Assembly: GCA_043228905.1 (NCBI GenBank)
Contig: JBHGNT010000010.1
Span: 1,364,001-1,428,000 of the forward strand
DNA length: 64,000 nt
Origin: Azolla caroliniana
Lineage: Eukaryota > Plantae > Polypodiophyta
Direction of reading: 5' to 3'
Under the pieces are notes generated by a model. It saw only the letters and a program-made list of their open reading frames with translations. It was not told the origin of the DNA and made no database searches. This document shows positions 1-12,679 of this stretch, in pieces. Position 1 is the stretch's first letter. Each line of letters opens with the position of its first letter. The position numbers and the translations under genes were made by a program.

Positions 1-557
1 CCCCCAAACGAAACAAACTATTAAATTGAGTGTGCAATCTCTCCTTTCCTGGCCAACATAATAACCAAGAAGACATGTCAAGCAACGCTTTTTGCAAAGA
101 ATTACAATGCTCTTTACTAGATGATGGTTTCCATACACATAACAAGAGTGCTTCTTGGCATGAGGTAACCAAGTGTTGAACACATGTAGAGTTTGTAATC
201 CTAAGTGAAATACATCCATTCAGTAATTGTCACCATGAAGCCTTAATCGTTGTCGTCCCATGTGTTAAACCCTTGTTCTCGATGAAATATTGAACAATAG
301 ATATCAGTGGGTTGTAAGTTTGAACACACGTCTTGTAATAATGAAAATCAACGAGCCATCATATGCTTAGATAAGTTCAATATTCCAGTCCCCCCCAAGC
401 GTTTAGGGGTTGCTAGATGATTCCACGCAACCCAAGTGATTCCCATCTTATCCCTCTTCTTCCACAACAAATATCGAAGAGGTTGCAAAATAGAATACAA
501 ACTTTAAGCCTTCTTTGTCCATGGCGACAATGACAAATAATATAATATCATGGGTTA
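1..557 (-). mobile_element. Degenerate L1-type LINE ORF2 fragment (post-RT region)
   Basis: Minus-strand translation near 355-480 reads RYLLWKKRDKMGITWVAWNHLATPKRLGGL, matching the FLW...VAW..PK..GGLG motif that follows the RT in plant L1 ORF2. Frameshifted. Confidence 0.7.
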
Positions 558-581
558 ACACGTTCGCGTTCACAAGTGAAA

Positions 582-765
582 GGATCGCGCATAAATGGAA
601 GAATAAGGAATATTCCATTGGATCTTAGTACTTTTTCAATGATAATACAAAGCACATTGATACTAGTACCATACATTCTCAAATATACTATGAAAAAGGG
701 AGAAAATCCACCATTTTCGTGATTTAAAAATGAATAAAAAAATTGAATTTTCGAAAAGTTACATT
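582..765. repeat. Terminal (TIR-like) sequence of the putative transposase/methyltransferase element, left copy
   Basis: 598-717 aligns without gaps to the reverse complement of 19796-19915 (84/120 identical by hand count). The core GAAAATCCACCATTT...AAAAGTTACA recurs at 51970-52033 next to another transposase 3' fragment. The exact terminus is uncertain. Confidence 0.7.
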
Positions 766-830
766 CTTAATTTATATCTAGCAAAAGGTAGATATAGTTG
801 AGAGCCAAAAATACATTCATGATCACTCAT

Positions 831-3583
831 TTACGGAGAACCACTACTATAGCTAATATACATTGAGGATTCCTCTTCGTCATCGTCGGATGCACCAATC
901 AATGCACTATCTCCATCATAAACCAAATGGTGTGACTCTAGATTATATGCAACAGATCTCATTTGCCTTCGACTCAAGCCATCTTCTAAACTTGGTAATT
1001 TATCTTTTATTATATCTATTGTTGACTTCCTTAAACGTCTAGCTTTTGTAAGCATCAAGTTGTACACAATGATATCCACATTTGAGATGTCAAGGGTCGA
1101 GGTGTTACGAATGTTTCATTTCCTCTTCCTACTTCCCTTTGTCGTCAGGCATTCCATCATCTCCAATGTAAAAGCATTTTCACTTCTAGTGTTGTACCAA
1201 TGCACTTTTATAAACTTGATCGTGTTTTCTATTTCATGCATTAGCGCGTCTAGAATTTTACCAATCCAAAATTGGTGGCCTTGTTCGTTGTCATCAGCAG
1301 GTGTTGCAATCAACATCCCCACCACGAGCTCTTGAAAATTTCCTTGCCATCTAGCTTCAGCTGCTTTGGTCATCCTTGGTCCCACATAAATGTCTCTTTG
1401 TTGTGGATGGACCAAACTGTCATTAATCGCATTAGTTGGTTACTCTGGAGTTTTATTTACACAATCATGTTGTAGCAACCATGTGAATGGCATTTCCAAA
1501 GTCCAATTATCACCAGATACACAATTGTCAATAATTCCTTTCTGATCACTATAAAACACATCCCACCATGACGTGTCTTGTTGTGCGGCATATTTCTTTG
1601 TGGCCTCAATATGCTTCCTTTTTTTTGTTAAGGCTTGGAGCCATAAGTGTTTTTGTTCTTCTACCAAGACATTATGCAACTGTCCTTTCATCTCAATTGG
1701 CATTTGTTTAGCTCCATAGACTATTGTACTCGGCATACAAAGTAAGAACTGGCAACCGCCTTCAGGTTCCCATTTTGTTGAAGATGAATATTGCTTGACA
1801 TACAAAAGCGTACAACCACTTATATCATTTTTCTTTATCAAAAAACTGTGATTGAAGCTCATATTGTTTAACTGGGCGAGCACTTTAACATTCCCATCAC
1901 CCCCATATGATATATATCTCTTGAAGTCATATACCTCCTTCAAGTGTAACACTTTTGGGCCTGGTGTGTATGCATCACAAAGGACATCAAACAGTTTTGG
2001 GAATGTGAAACCATCATGCCGAGACAACTGTCTGGAGAATGTGCTAAACATCTGATCTTTATGATCATGTGTGTGGCCAACCAAAAGAAAATTGACTTTC
2101 ACTTTTCTAAACAATCCTTGGTTGACCAACATTACTTCGATAGCCGAACACAGTTGAATTTTTGTTCTCTCTAGCAATATTGTCCAATTGAATGTAGAGA
2201 ACAAGGGGGAACGGTTGGCCCCAAGACATCAAAACCCGGTGAATCACTATAACTATTAGGTTAGGGTCATTGTGAGCATTGGGGTATGTAATGAAGACTT
2301 GAGGTCTAATTGAACTGTTATAAGCCAAGCATCCCACCAAGTGCATTTGAACAAGACACTCATCATTGATGTCTTTGGGGAGTCTCCGCATATGAGATAA
2401 GCACGTCTTCTTATGGTCCATGGCATCGATCATTAAGAAGATGTATTGTTTAGGCCTCTTCAAAAACTTCTCTCTATGATGCATCGCCTTCTTTCGTTCT
2501 AACTATTGTGCTTCACGATGCTCATGTAGTAACTTCTTACTCATATCCTTTTCCGTTATTGTCTTCACACCTTTAGCCAAACTTTTAAGGTTCACACAAA
2601 TCAAGCAATACCCCATGCGTACTTTACGCAGAATAATAACATTTGAAAACCATGTTCTCCACAATCTTGTGAACTGGCTGTATGTGACATATTTATCACT
2701 TGATAATAACATTTCTGATCCATAGACTTCATAAACTTCCCGATGTGTGTAATTATCAGAGAGGTGCATCTTGCATGTAGTGGGCATTACTTCACAATTT
2801 AACTTGAAGTAAATTTCCATCCAACCAATAACATGTCTTCCAGTTGCACCTTTCATGCTTGGAACGTCTATACAATTGACAGCCTGATCCCCACTAAGAA
2901 GACGTTGTTATACTCTATGTAGCCACATGTTACTAGCACATAGCGCAATTTTGAATGCCACTCTACATATTTGTTGCACATGGAAGATATAATACTCGAA
3001 TGATACTTTGCTCCCCGAAGAGTTGTCAGACACTAATTGCATATGTGAGCCGAAGTGTCTTGCGCATTACCAGACATTGAAAAATAGTAACACTTTAATT
3101 CTCGCAACTTTGCATTTCCAATCATAGACATACAACCACGAGCACAACATGTTTTGTTGAGATCAAATCCAAGTTGTTTATCTGATGTCACCAAGTTAAA
3201 TCTTGCCAGACGAATTCTACGTGGGATTCTCCTGATTTGCATAGGGCTTGCCCATTTCTTTTCTTGATTAGAAATAAGAGTAACAACATTAGAATAAATT
3301 ATGTTGTTGTTAACTTGACCCCCATGATCTTCGATGTTTCATTGGCATTATCTTCATTGTCTGTATCTTTATTGACGTCATATTCTTCGACAGAGAACTC
3401 TTTACATGAGTCGTTATTCACATGAGGTATAGGTGAAGATGAGCTCAAACAATATTCTTCGACAGAAAATGATGCTTCTGTTGACAAACAATACTCTTCA
3501 ACCGAAAACGATGATTCTGTTGACAAACAATACTCTTTAATCGAAAACGATGAGTTTTCACTCATGGCGTAAGCTCCAAACAT
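831..3583 (-). pseudogene. Disrupted DDD/E transposase, Sola-like (DUF7869-type) family, with a C-terminal BAH/Tudor-like segment
   Basis: Collinear ORF fragments: CCARGC, then ICRVAFKIAL, MPTTCKMHL, FTRLWRTWF..GYCLIC, LMIDAMD (D1), YIQLDNIARENKN (D2), FLLVGHTHDHKDQMFS (D3), then LVVGMLIA..FWIGKI..VHWY. Multiple stops and frameshifts. Confidence 0.7.
3446..3552 (-). repeat. 39-bp tandem repeat (about 3 copies) encoding SFSVEEYCLSTE(S/A) in the presumed transposase N-terminus
   Basis: Unit acaaacaatactcttcaaccgaaaacgatgattctgttg. A fourth partial copy lies near 3380. Confidence 0.85.
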
Positions 3584-3854
3584 AGCTCTGAAAGTTTTGT
3601 GCTTAAGCTAATATAAGAGATTAAAACAAATGACTAGTGCCTCTATATACATAAGCTCCATCAATCTAATGTCCATAAAATTTATTATTATATAAAATAA
3701 ACAAATAATCCAATAAAGAAAGATATTATTATTATATAAAATATAATTTATTCATTATATTAATAGATCTTTACACTAGCCATTATGATATACATAAAAT
3801 TTATTTTATACAATATTATTTATATAGTCTATATTCACAATATATTTTATTTTA

Positions 3855-4063
3855 TACATATAGTTTATATTCAAAATCATTAGAGAGTCATAAATATGTA
3901 AATGTAATCTCAATCATGTGTTCATTAATGAAGATCACAATCATTTAAAAGTGTCATGCCCCACGTGTAAATTAAGTTGCTATTCCCAAAATGTGTATTA
4001 TATTAAAAAAATATAGTCTTCATATACATACAATATATATTCATAACCTTAGAGAGTCATACC
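3855..4063. repeat. About 170-bp tandem duplication whose second unit is split by the hAT insertion and resumes at 12170-12250
   Basis: tagagagtcataaatatgtaaatgtaatctcaatcat...tttaaaagtgtcat (3881-3957) matches tagagagtcatac (4050-4062) joined to atatgtaatttttatctcaatcat...tttaaaagtgtcat (12177-12240). Confidence 0.8.
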
Positions 4064-4109
4064 TAGTGTTGGGCAAAGTTTATAAGTCCTCCCGGAAATT
4101 TTCCTACTT

Positions 4110-7100
4110 CTTATGATTGTTGCATCCAAGAAAATAGGAATAGTTGACCAGACTCTTCTAATTCTCTTTCTTTTCCGGTTAGGCACATTTCCAAAACCCT
4201 TATAGCTATCATATTCACCTTTAACCGTATTTACCAATAATTCCCAGAAAGATTTAACTTGATCCACAACATTAGTTTGTTCATCATTATATGTTTTAGA
4301 ACACCTTGCTTTCTAAATAATCCATAAAACCAAAGAGGAAATAATGTTCCAAACATAACACCTGGAAAAGAACTTGACTCCCTACAAGGAGCTATTTGTA
4401 ATGTACACCTGAAAACTTTTCACATTTAAAGTCAACGATGAATTATGATGATGATAAAAAATAGTTTCTTGAGCCAACGTACCCCAAAAGATTGTAGCCC
4501 ACGTGAATTTAGTAGCCCTATACTTACGACCTACAAGCCTAAGAATACGAGACCAAAAACATTTGGCCGTAACACATTCCCAAAAAGAATGATGCAATGT
4601 TTGAGATGCAAAACCACACCTACCACATGATTGATCAGGTACTGTTCCCCTCAATAAAGCTCTTATTGGCAATGCATAATGAATCATTAACCATCGAAAG
4701 TGCAATACCTTGTTCATACATTTAAGTGACCAAAACTGTTTCCAGAACTTCAACATATATGAAGATGACACCATACCTTCCTCCCAATATTTTTTTCTCG
4801 CAGGAATTGACTCTATCTCATTTAACAAAACCTTTCTACCCAATGACACAGAATATGCGAAAAATGGAAGAACTTTCGCTTGCGTATTGTCAGACATGGG
4901 TAACTTCCAACCATAATCTAATGGATCCCAATACGGATCAACAATTGGTCTAGAGTGTAAAACCCACATATGAGATGAATACTTAGCAATTAATGGATTA
5001 GGATCTATAAATATCTTTTTATCTAACCTAGCAATTACTCTCACTAGCAGCAGCTTGGCAGAAGACATAATTGAAGACTCACCCTCCACTAACAACAACC
5101 TACCATTATCCAAAACTTCATAAAAGTAGAGGCTGCCATTTTGAGTATAAAAACGAGCTCCTATAAGTATATTAAGTCTCGAAAACATACCATACCAATT
5201 CAGAAAATGACCAAAACGCAAAGTTGGTAGTGTTACCTGGTACACCGTTGACACTTGAGAGCGCATAATGTTTGCCCCTCTGAAATTAGACACCCTAGTC
5301 TTTTGGTCTTGCACTGAAGTCTGTAGGAAATTAATCCAATCCGCAATCGTACGAGCTGGTCCATTATCCATTGCAGCCCAAGATAACCTAGGTCGTAAAC
5401 CCAAAACACATGCCGCTTCATCAGTAAACAAAGGATTCCATAACAACGGCTGACGCATTAATTGATGATATGTTTTTGGTGGCAAGAAAACAAGTGCTCG
5501 ACGAATACTTTCCCATGCCCTTAGAATTCCATTAAAAACACGTAAAGACCCAATTGTCGATTTAGACAACGGAAAATCTGAGTTAAAGAACCATCTAAGA
5601 CTATCACGCCATCGACCACCAACCGATGGTTTAAATTTATATAAATGACACATCCAAAACTTTTTCCATAACTCATGTACTAGCAATAAACACCTAACAA
5701 CATGTTTAACAAGTAATGCTTTACTTTGCATAAAAGGATCAATCAAACCTAAACCTCCTTTTTGTTTGGGTTGTATAAGAACCGACCAAGCTACCTTTGC
5801 TATAGTATTGTGTACCGTATCATTTCCCCAAATAAAATTCCGCACTAGCCGTTGAACTTTAAGCATTATTGATCTAGAGAACAACCATGTAGACGCTATA
5901 TACCAAATTGAGGACAAAAGCATGGAATTAGCAACAACTACACGTCCTGCTAAGGATAACTTTTCCTTATTCCAATATATTAGCTTATTTCTTAATCTTA
6001 ACAATAAGGGCGCAATCATATCGTCTACCTTTAATCCTAACCCTACTCTACATCCTAAATACCTAATGGACTGCCCTTTAGGAATCCACATGAAACCTGC
6101 ACTAGGAGCATTAAATGGAGGATTTCCCGAAGCCACCCAAAAACCTGATGATTTATCCCAATTGATCAACGCACCCGATGCATCTGCGAAGTTATCCACA
6201 ACTTTTTGAACCTGCAACAAGTTAAATTGTGAGGCGTGAATATAAAGAGTTGTATCATCAACAAACTCACTATCAACACCAACATCTGCGAATGGAGATG
6301 CTAGACCTTTGATATTAACATGCTGAGAATTTAAGTGTACAGAAAACGCTTCAGATACTAATAAAAACAGAAAAGGACCAAGTGGACATCCTTGTCTTAC
6401 TAATCTTGAAATAGAGAAACGCCTACCAATATCCCCTGCAAATAAAACCGAACTATGTGCATTACGATATAATGCTGAAACTCCCCGTATTCATCTGTTT
6501 GGAAAACCCATCTTAAGCAAAGTACCCTTCATGAAATTCCAATCCACTCTATCATAAGCTTTTTCAAAATCCAGAAATAGCACTGCCAACTCTTGATTCT
6601 GCCCTTCAACAAAAGCTACCATTTACCAAAAAAGAATAATATTATCAAAAATACTTCGCTCTTGTATAAAACCTGTCTGAGAATCATGAATCAATTCAGA
6701 AAGATAAGGTTGTAACCGTCTAGCTAACGTTTTGGCTAATATCTTATAAATAATGTTCAACAAAGTAATTGGCCTCCAATGCCGAAGCTCCTCTAACTGA
6801 CCACTGGATTTGGGAATCATGTAGATTAAACCGTCATTCCATTCTTGCAGCATATATCTAGAATCTAAAACCTGTTGATAAGCTTTAGTTAGTCCCTCAC
6901 CTATCAAATCCTAGTATTGTAAATACCATTGGACCCCCAACCCATCCAATCCAGGACAAACATCCTTTGCTAAGGATTTTGCTGCTTTAAAAACCTCTTG
7001 AGGACTTAATGGTTGCAAAAGACATTCGGAAAGTTGAACAAACACTCTATGTTGAATCCTCGACCATATCATTTAGATAAATCGTCAGTAGAAAAGGATT

Positions 7101-8400
7101 GAGCCTTCAACAAATTGTCATAATATTCAGAGGCTATTTGCTGCATCTGACTAGGATCATTGGTATAAGAGCCATCCGGACATTTTAACTGGGAAATCCT
7201 AGCCATCGACTTATGGTAATTGTGCATTTTAAAAAACATTTTATTTACTTTATCTCTTGACTCTTCCCATTCAGATGCTATATTGTGGTAAGTAAATTCT
7301 GCATAAACATTTTGTAGTTCTAATATCTGGTTTCGTACTTGTATCACTTTAGAACTTATATACGTCGAATATGGCCTTCTCTCTTGCAAATGTTGCAAGG
7401 ACCTCAATCCCCTACGAAGTCTTCCTATTTTTGTGAAAGACAACTGAACTACTTGTTTGGCCTTATAGTGAAAAATTTGTTGTATTTCCCTAATAGCCTT
7501 TTGAACACTAGATAATGCATAATCATAAGAATAGACATACTTATTCCAAATATTATGTACAATAGGAACACAAGCTTGTCTAAGAAACACATGATTCGGA
7601 ACTCGAAATCTAGAAGTTTTAGTGTTCCTGTAAAACTATAATTATACGAAGTGGTGCATGATCAGAAAAGGAAAAGGAAGGTAAAAGTCCAATGTAGCCT
7701 CCTTTGTCCCATATAAACTTATCGGCATAAAATCTATCTAACCTAGACAAATTAGTATGTACCTCTCTTCTATCTGATCTGGAGTACTCTAAAGAATCCT
7801 GTAGCCTTACAAAGGAAGATACATGCCACAAATCCATTAATTCCAAAGAAAAAGTCAGTCACTCCCATTCATATAATTCTGAACCAGCTACTTTATGTGA
7901 CCTTCCTCCTACCCTATCACCGACATCCTCTAACATATTAAAATCACCTGCAATCGCTCAATGATCCACAATGGGTAACTGTGAAATTATGCTCTTCCAA
8001 AGCATCGTTCTATCTCTTGCCTTATTCGGAGCATAAATATTCAATAAACCCCACTTCTTCAAACCTATTTGAAAAATTGCATATTGACCTCGACTACATG
8101 ACAAGACTCCATAATGTAAAAAGAGAACAAACAAGTATTGTTTATTGCTATATAGAGTCCAGCTTTCAGCCTATTATCACCAACTGTAGGCACCGAAAGC
8201 TGCCTCCATTGACCTGGCAACAGATTTCCATATTTCCAAATCCGTTGTTCATTTAAATGATGTTCTTGAATCAAAAGAAGATCAATCCTACCTACCAAAG
8301 ACTTCTTCAACTGATGACGGAAAACACTCCTTACTTTACAACAATTTTTACCTCCTAAACCTCGAACATTCCATGATATAATATTTAACTTATCCATCAT
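4110..8400 (-). pseudogene. LINE ORF2 (APE endonuclease - RT - zinc finger), disrupted
   Basis: ISWNVRGLG, LLIQEHH, AGDFN, SRLDRFY, SDH; WRPITLLN, LDFEKAYDRVDW, VRQGCPL, EFVDD; CGRC..HSFWEC. Confidence 0.9.
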
Positions 8401-9721
8401 TCATATTTTTTCCTCCTATTCTCTTTTCGGAAAGTACAACATCTCTACCCTTTCTTCCATCCTCTGAGGCCCGTAATTGTCTCCTATTAGACCATATGTC
8501 TTTCCCTATCAACTTATGTGACCGCACTGGCATGTGTTTATCTACCCTATCAGAAGACCTATCCGCTCCAGTGAAAACAACTAAATCCTCACAATTCATG
8601 TCAGCATCAACAATGTCTAGCTTACCCACTTTAGTTTGTTGAAAGCCAGTCAGGCTTAATGGCTTATCAGATTGTTGTACATGATCAACAACCTGTTGTT
8701 TACCCTTATTAAGTTGATTATTAACTTTATTAACCAATTCCAAAGGTTGTACCTGTGCAAGGATGTCCTTGGACTTTTGTGCCACATGAGGTTGTACCAT
8801 TTTAACATTACTTGCATCCTTTTCCACCTCCTTCAAAAGTATGTCTTGTGAATTTTGTTCCACCCGATCTTCCTTTGTGGAGTTTGGAATGGCAAACCCC
8901 ACCTCCATTGTACTAATCCTCACATCTTTTTCCACTTCCTGCAAAGATTGATAAGGATTAGCTTCAAGTAGTAACATTAGATTAACCATCGTACTAGAGG
9001 GTTTAAAAACATGTTTATTAGAAACTGTAGACCAGCCATCATAATTAACATCTAGTTGATTAGGCGGTTGGGCCTCCTTGTACATACGTCGCTTATGACA
9101 ATCTCGACCTAAATGACCAAATTGATGGTACACAAAACATTGATCAGGCAGTCCTTGATAATATACCTTTTGCACAACCGGTGGTTTATTTAAAAGTAAA
9201 TTAGGTAAGGATATAGTTGTCAGCAGACGAACGGATCTTGGTTCGATCAACCGAACCGCTAGTACCTCTCCCATTCTATCTGTCCCATGAGCATGTCCAT
9301 CACGCGTGGCAATAACTTTACCTAACAAAGCCCCAATGCGAGGCAATACATTCCTCCACTCCTTCCTCAAACCAAGAAATATTGCCGTAAAAACCATACT
9401 AGCCTCTTGATCCTGCAATATGTCATCTATTTTAACATTACGCGACCATTTATGAAAGGATACCCACACACCTTCCACTCCTGCCTCCCTAATCGTTAAT
9501 AGCTTGTTGACGGACTCCTCAGTCGTGAATTCCACATGATAACATCCTTGAGACATGCATTGAATGTCGAGAATGTTATCCGCTTCCTCCGAGAAAGCAG
9601 CGTACAGAGTATGACGGAGTTCCGATCTATTCATTCGTGAACCCTGTACCTGCACTACCAAAGAGAAAGCTTCCAACCTACTTACCTCACCCAAAACAAT
9701 AGCTCTATCCTCCTCTGACAA
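8390..9721 (-). CDS. LINE ORF1 (DUF4283/RRM-like region plus degenerate CCHC knuckle CFVYHQFGHLGRDC)
   Basis: 443-aa ORF directly upstream of and overlapping the ORF2 start by 11 nt. Confidence 0.8.
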   Translation of the reverse strand: MSEEDRAIVLGEVSRLEAFSLVVQVQGSRMNRSELRHTLYAAFSEEADNILDIQCMSQGCYHVEFTTEESVNKLLTIREAGVEGVWVSFHKWSRNVKIDDILQDQEASMVFTAIFLGLRKEWRNVLPRIGALLGKVIATRDGHAHGTDRMGEVLAVRLIEPRSVRLLTTISLPNLLLNKPPVVQKVYYQGLPDQCFVYHQFGHLGRDCHKRRMYKEAQPPNQLDVNYDGWSTVSNKHVFKPSSTMVNLMLLLEANPYQSLQEVEKDVRISTMEVGFAIPNSTKEDRVEQNSQDILLKEVEKDASNVKMVQPHVAQKSKDILAQVQPLELVNKVNNQLNKGKQQVVDHVQQSDKPLSLTGFQQTKVGKLDIVDADMNCEDLVVFTGADRSSDRVDKHMPVRSHKLIGKDIWSNRRQLRASEDGRKGRDVVLSEKRIGGKNMNDG

Positions 9722-10099
9722 TACAAGGCCGATTAAGTCATCACACAGATGAGGCGAAAGTTGGGGGGCTGCACCGGACTCCCCTGCATCGTTCTAATTG
9801 TTTCTCTCCTATATGAAGCAAATTTACAAGCATAAATGGGCATTTCTCTATGAACACACCACCATGGATCAACTCACTTAAGGATATGCAACTTTGGCTA
9901 TCCTTGAACTTTGGCATTGTTCCTCCCCTACCCTTATGTATGATACACCATATGGGCTTTAAGACACCCTATGTACATATGGATATAGAGAGTCCACATC
10001 ATTATAGTCCTAGATAATATATATCAAAGTATCCACTCCACATGATATCATTTGAGTTCAATGAACAAAGCCCTCCCCCCGTGATAATAGAAGCATTGT

Positions 10100-11450
10100 T
10101 CCATGAGTCTAAAACAATCACCGATACTATTAGACCCATTTAGTGAGTTGTAACATTTTAGTCCAAACTTTGTTATTGGCTAGCACTCACAAATAAAGGT
10201 CAAGGCAAAAGAATGGTACTACAAAGAAAAACAAATATACAAAACTACACATGTGGATATTCATAGTTGGATCAATTTAGGAAACTGCATATATATTATT
10301 TTTCAATCACTACAAAAAGACAACTATACAAGAAAATTACTCCTTATCACCCCCATGATAATAAAAAATATAGAGGCTAACCATGAGACAATCTGTTAAG
10401 AATGTCATGATCTTGCGACAATCGAAAGATACATACTTTTGCTTCTCCTTTTAATGAAGAAAGCCACCTTACTAAAATAGAAACATGGTGAGAAATTATC
10501 TCCATGATCTCGTGTTGGTATGACACATATGCCTTATATCCTTGTAAGCACAACCTTTGTTGTCATCAACATTCCTCTACTTTCCCAAGCTGACCCCTCA
10601 ACACGTTGTTAATGAAGAAAACATGTGTGATTGCCATTGCTTCCCATATGATAATACAAGTTTCCTTTCATTTACTCATCTAGGTCTCAAGCATAAACTG
10701 TTCACATATGATAATTTTCAATTAATCTTATTGTATATCATTGTTGATTTAAGGACTTTCAGATAATATATTAGATAGAAAACAAAAATTGTAGCCCAAA
10801 CCTACAATATATCCATCACGACATCTTGAATGTCCCATAGAAAGCAATCCTCTTGTATGTTTACAATTTTAAACTTGTGAGTTATAACAAGCTTGAAACT
10901 ACCTAATTAATTTCACTCTCAAACCAATTTTATTTTTAAACATATCATTGGAAGCTTTCAAACAAGGGTAAGAGTTTACCGTAAGACTCATGTCCTCACT
11001 ATGCCACTATTGTCCATCAGTCTGCGAATACAATGTCCAAAATATGTCAATCATAATCACTGATTATGTCCAAAACATTTATCAAATTCAAAATCTCATC
11101 CAATAATGTTACCGCTATCACATTCACCAATGATGGATTTCCAACATTTTCTAACCCAATCAAGGAAAGTTTCATTTCTTGCTTGAAGAAAAAGCTACAA
11201 TTATCCAATAAAAACCTCTCTCTCTCTCTTAGCAAATGCTACCATGACAATTAAAAATATATAGAAAGAGCTCTTGAGAGCAAAATCAAAATTAAGTCTA
11301 TACCAAAGGCTCATGAAGGGAATTACACCAAGAACATAAAAACACGTCAGAAAAAGCCATATCCTAAAGCTCAACAACCTCGGAAGAACTATGGAGGCTA
11401 ATTGCCATTTTATGCACTCAGAGCTCAAACCTGTCCAAACTTTTTGTCCA
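10100..11450 (-). pseudogene. Highly decayed hAT transposase remnant
   Basis: Located between the hAT TIRs. Weak motifs IGLENVGNPSLVNVIAVT (cf. DGW....LIN) and KVWTK near 10165 (cf. dimerisation-domain end). Confidence 0.4.
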
Positions 11451-11564
11451 AAACCCAACTTTCCTGGCTTCACAGCTGGTGGCATAGTCATAACCACTCT
11501 ATATAATCGATCCCCCAAGCCAGACACCGAGAAGGTCGCTTGCTGAGTGGAGGAAAGAGATGCT

Positions 11565-11567
<3 letters not shown>

Positions 11568-11615
<48 letters not shown>

Positions 11616-11707
11616 GTTCCTACATTAACATGTTTTGGTAACGATGAGATGGACGATACTTTTGGTAAGTGGAGAGTAGTAGTAGTAACATATATATATA
11701 TATATAT

Positions 11708-11746
<39 letters not shown>
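11568..11746. repeat. Microsatellite cluster (CT)n, (AT)n, (AG)n
   Basis: Directly visible. Confidence 0.95.
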
Positions 11747-11749
<3 letters not shown>

Positions 11750-12679
11750 TAGAGGAGTAGCCAATTGTAGATGTTGTGCAAGATACAGGAGTTGTAGATG
11801 ACAGGAGCAGTGGTTGTCTCGCCATCCACCTCACCCTTCTCTTCCTCTTCCTCTTCCTCTGATTCATATGATGCCCGCGTCGAGCTCCATATTCTTCTTC
11901 ATGTAGTGTCTGTTTATAGATCTTCATAGTGCACACGCAAAGTGGGGGAAAGAGGGAAAAAAGAGGGGGAATCATTTTGTTTTATTTACTTTTTATTTTA
12001 TTTTTTACAAAACTATATAAATAGCCAGTTCAAAAAATATGAACTGGCTAGATTCCGGTTGATACAAAAAACTAGCCAGAATCGATTACGGTTGTCCCCA
12101 ACCTTAGCTGGCAAAAGTCCCAACCTAACCGGAACGTTAACACTGTTCCTAGGATTTTGCCCAACACTGGTCATACATATGTAATTTTTATCTCAATCAT
12201 TGGTTCATTAATGAAGATCATAATCATTTAAAAGTGTCATTCCTCACCATGTGGGAAATAGGGAAGTATATTAAATTTTTCCTTTATTTATTGGGAAAAG
12301 TACTAGGAAGTTCGTCTATTTACCAGAATGCCCCTAGAAGTTTCAAGTTTACCAAACTACCCATGTCCAAAAAATACACTTTATAAAGTAATTATACACT
12401 CAAATCTACAAGCCCTATTTACTAGAATACCCTTCAAACACAAATTTCTTTACTTAAGGGATTCTTTGGGTCCTTTGTACCTAACAATGTAGTCTTTCTT
12501 TTCTTTCCTGTTAATTGGGTTGATCAATCGTCCTTTTAACCTCAAGCATAACCTTTCAATAAACAATACACTAGCTAGTAATAGTATTTGTCTACTTACG
12601 TTAAATTTGATAGATTTCTAATCCTCAGGACCCAACTGACATATATTTTCCCACTTCCTCTCTTAAATTAAGCTAAAAT

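Larger units (their letters stand above)
4110..9790 (-). mobile_element. L1-clade LINE (ORF1 + ORF2), decayed, inside the hAT element
   Basis: ORF1 with a degenerate zinc knuckle, then ORF2 with APE, RT and C-terminal CCHC motifs. No clear poly(A) tail or TSD seen, so ends are approximate. Confidence 0.9.
4064..12169 (-). mobile_element. hAT-superfamily DNA transposon with TIRs and 8-bp TSD, containing a nested L1
   Basis: TIRs TAGTGTTGGGCAAA (4064-4077) and TTTGCCCAACACTG (12156-12169). Flanks are GTCATACC (4056-4063) and GTCATACA (12170-12177), a 7/8 TSD match. Excising the element restores the flanking tandem repeat. Confidence 0.85.

Noticed and set aside
11201-11975. ORFs with ERERER/LSLSLS runs (also 42941-43494 and 48481-49042)
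   Set aside because: Translations of dinucleotide microsatellites.
12250-12450. MULE-TIR-like motifs (gggaaaag, tttaccagaatgcccct repeats) upstream of the MTase
   Set aside because: No matching inverted partner or 9-bp TSD found by eye. Kept only as an alternative carrier hypothesis.
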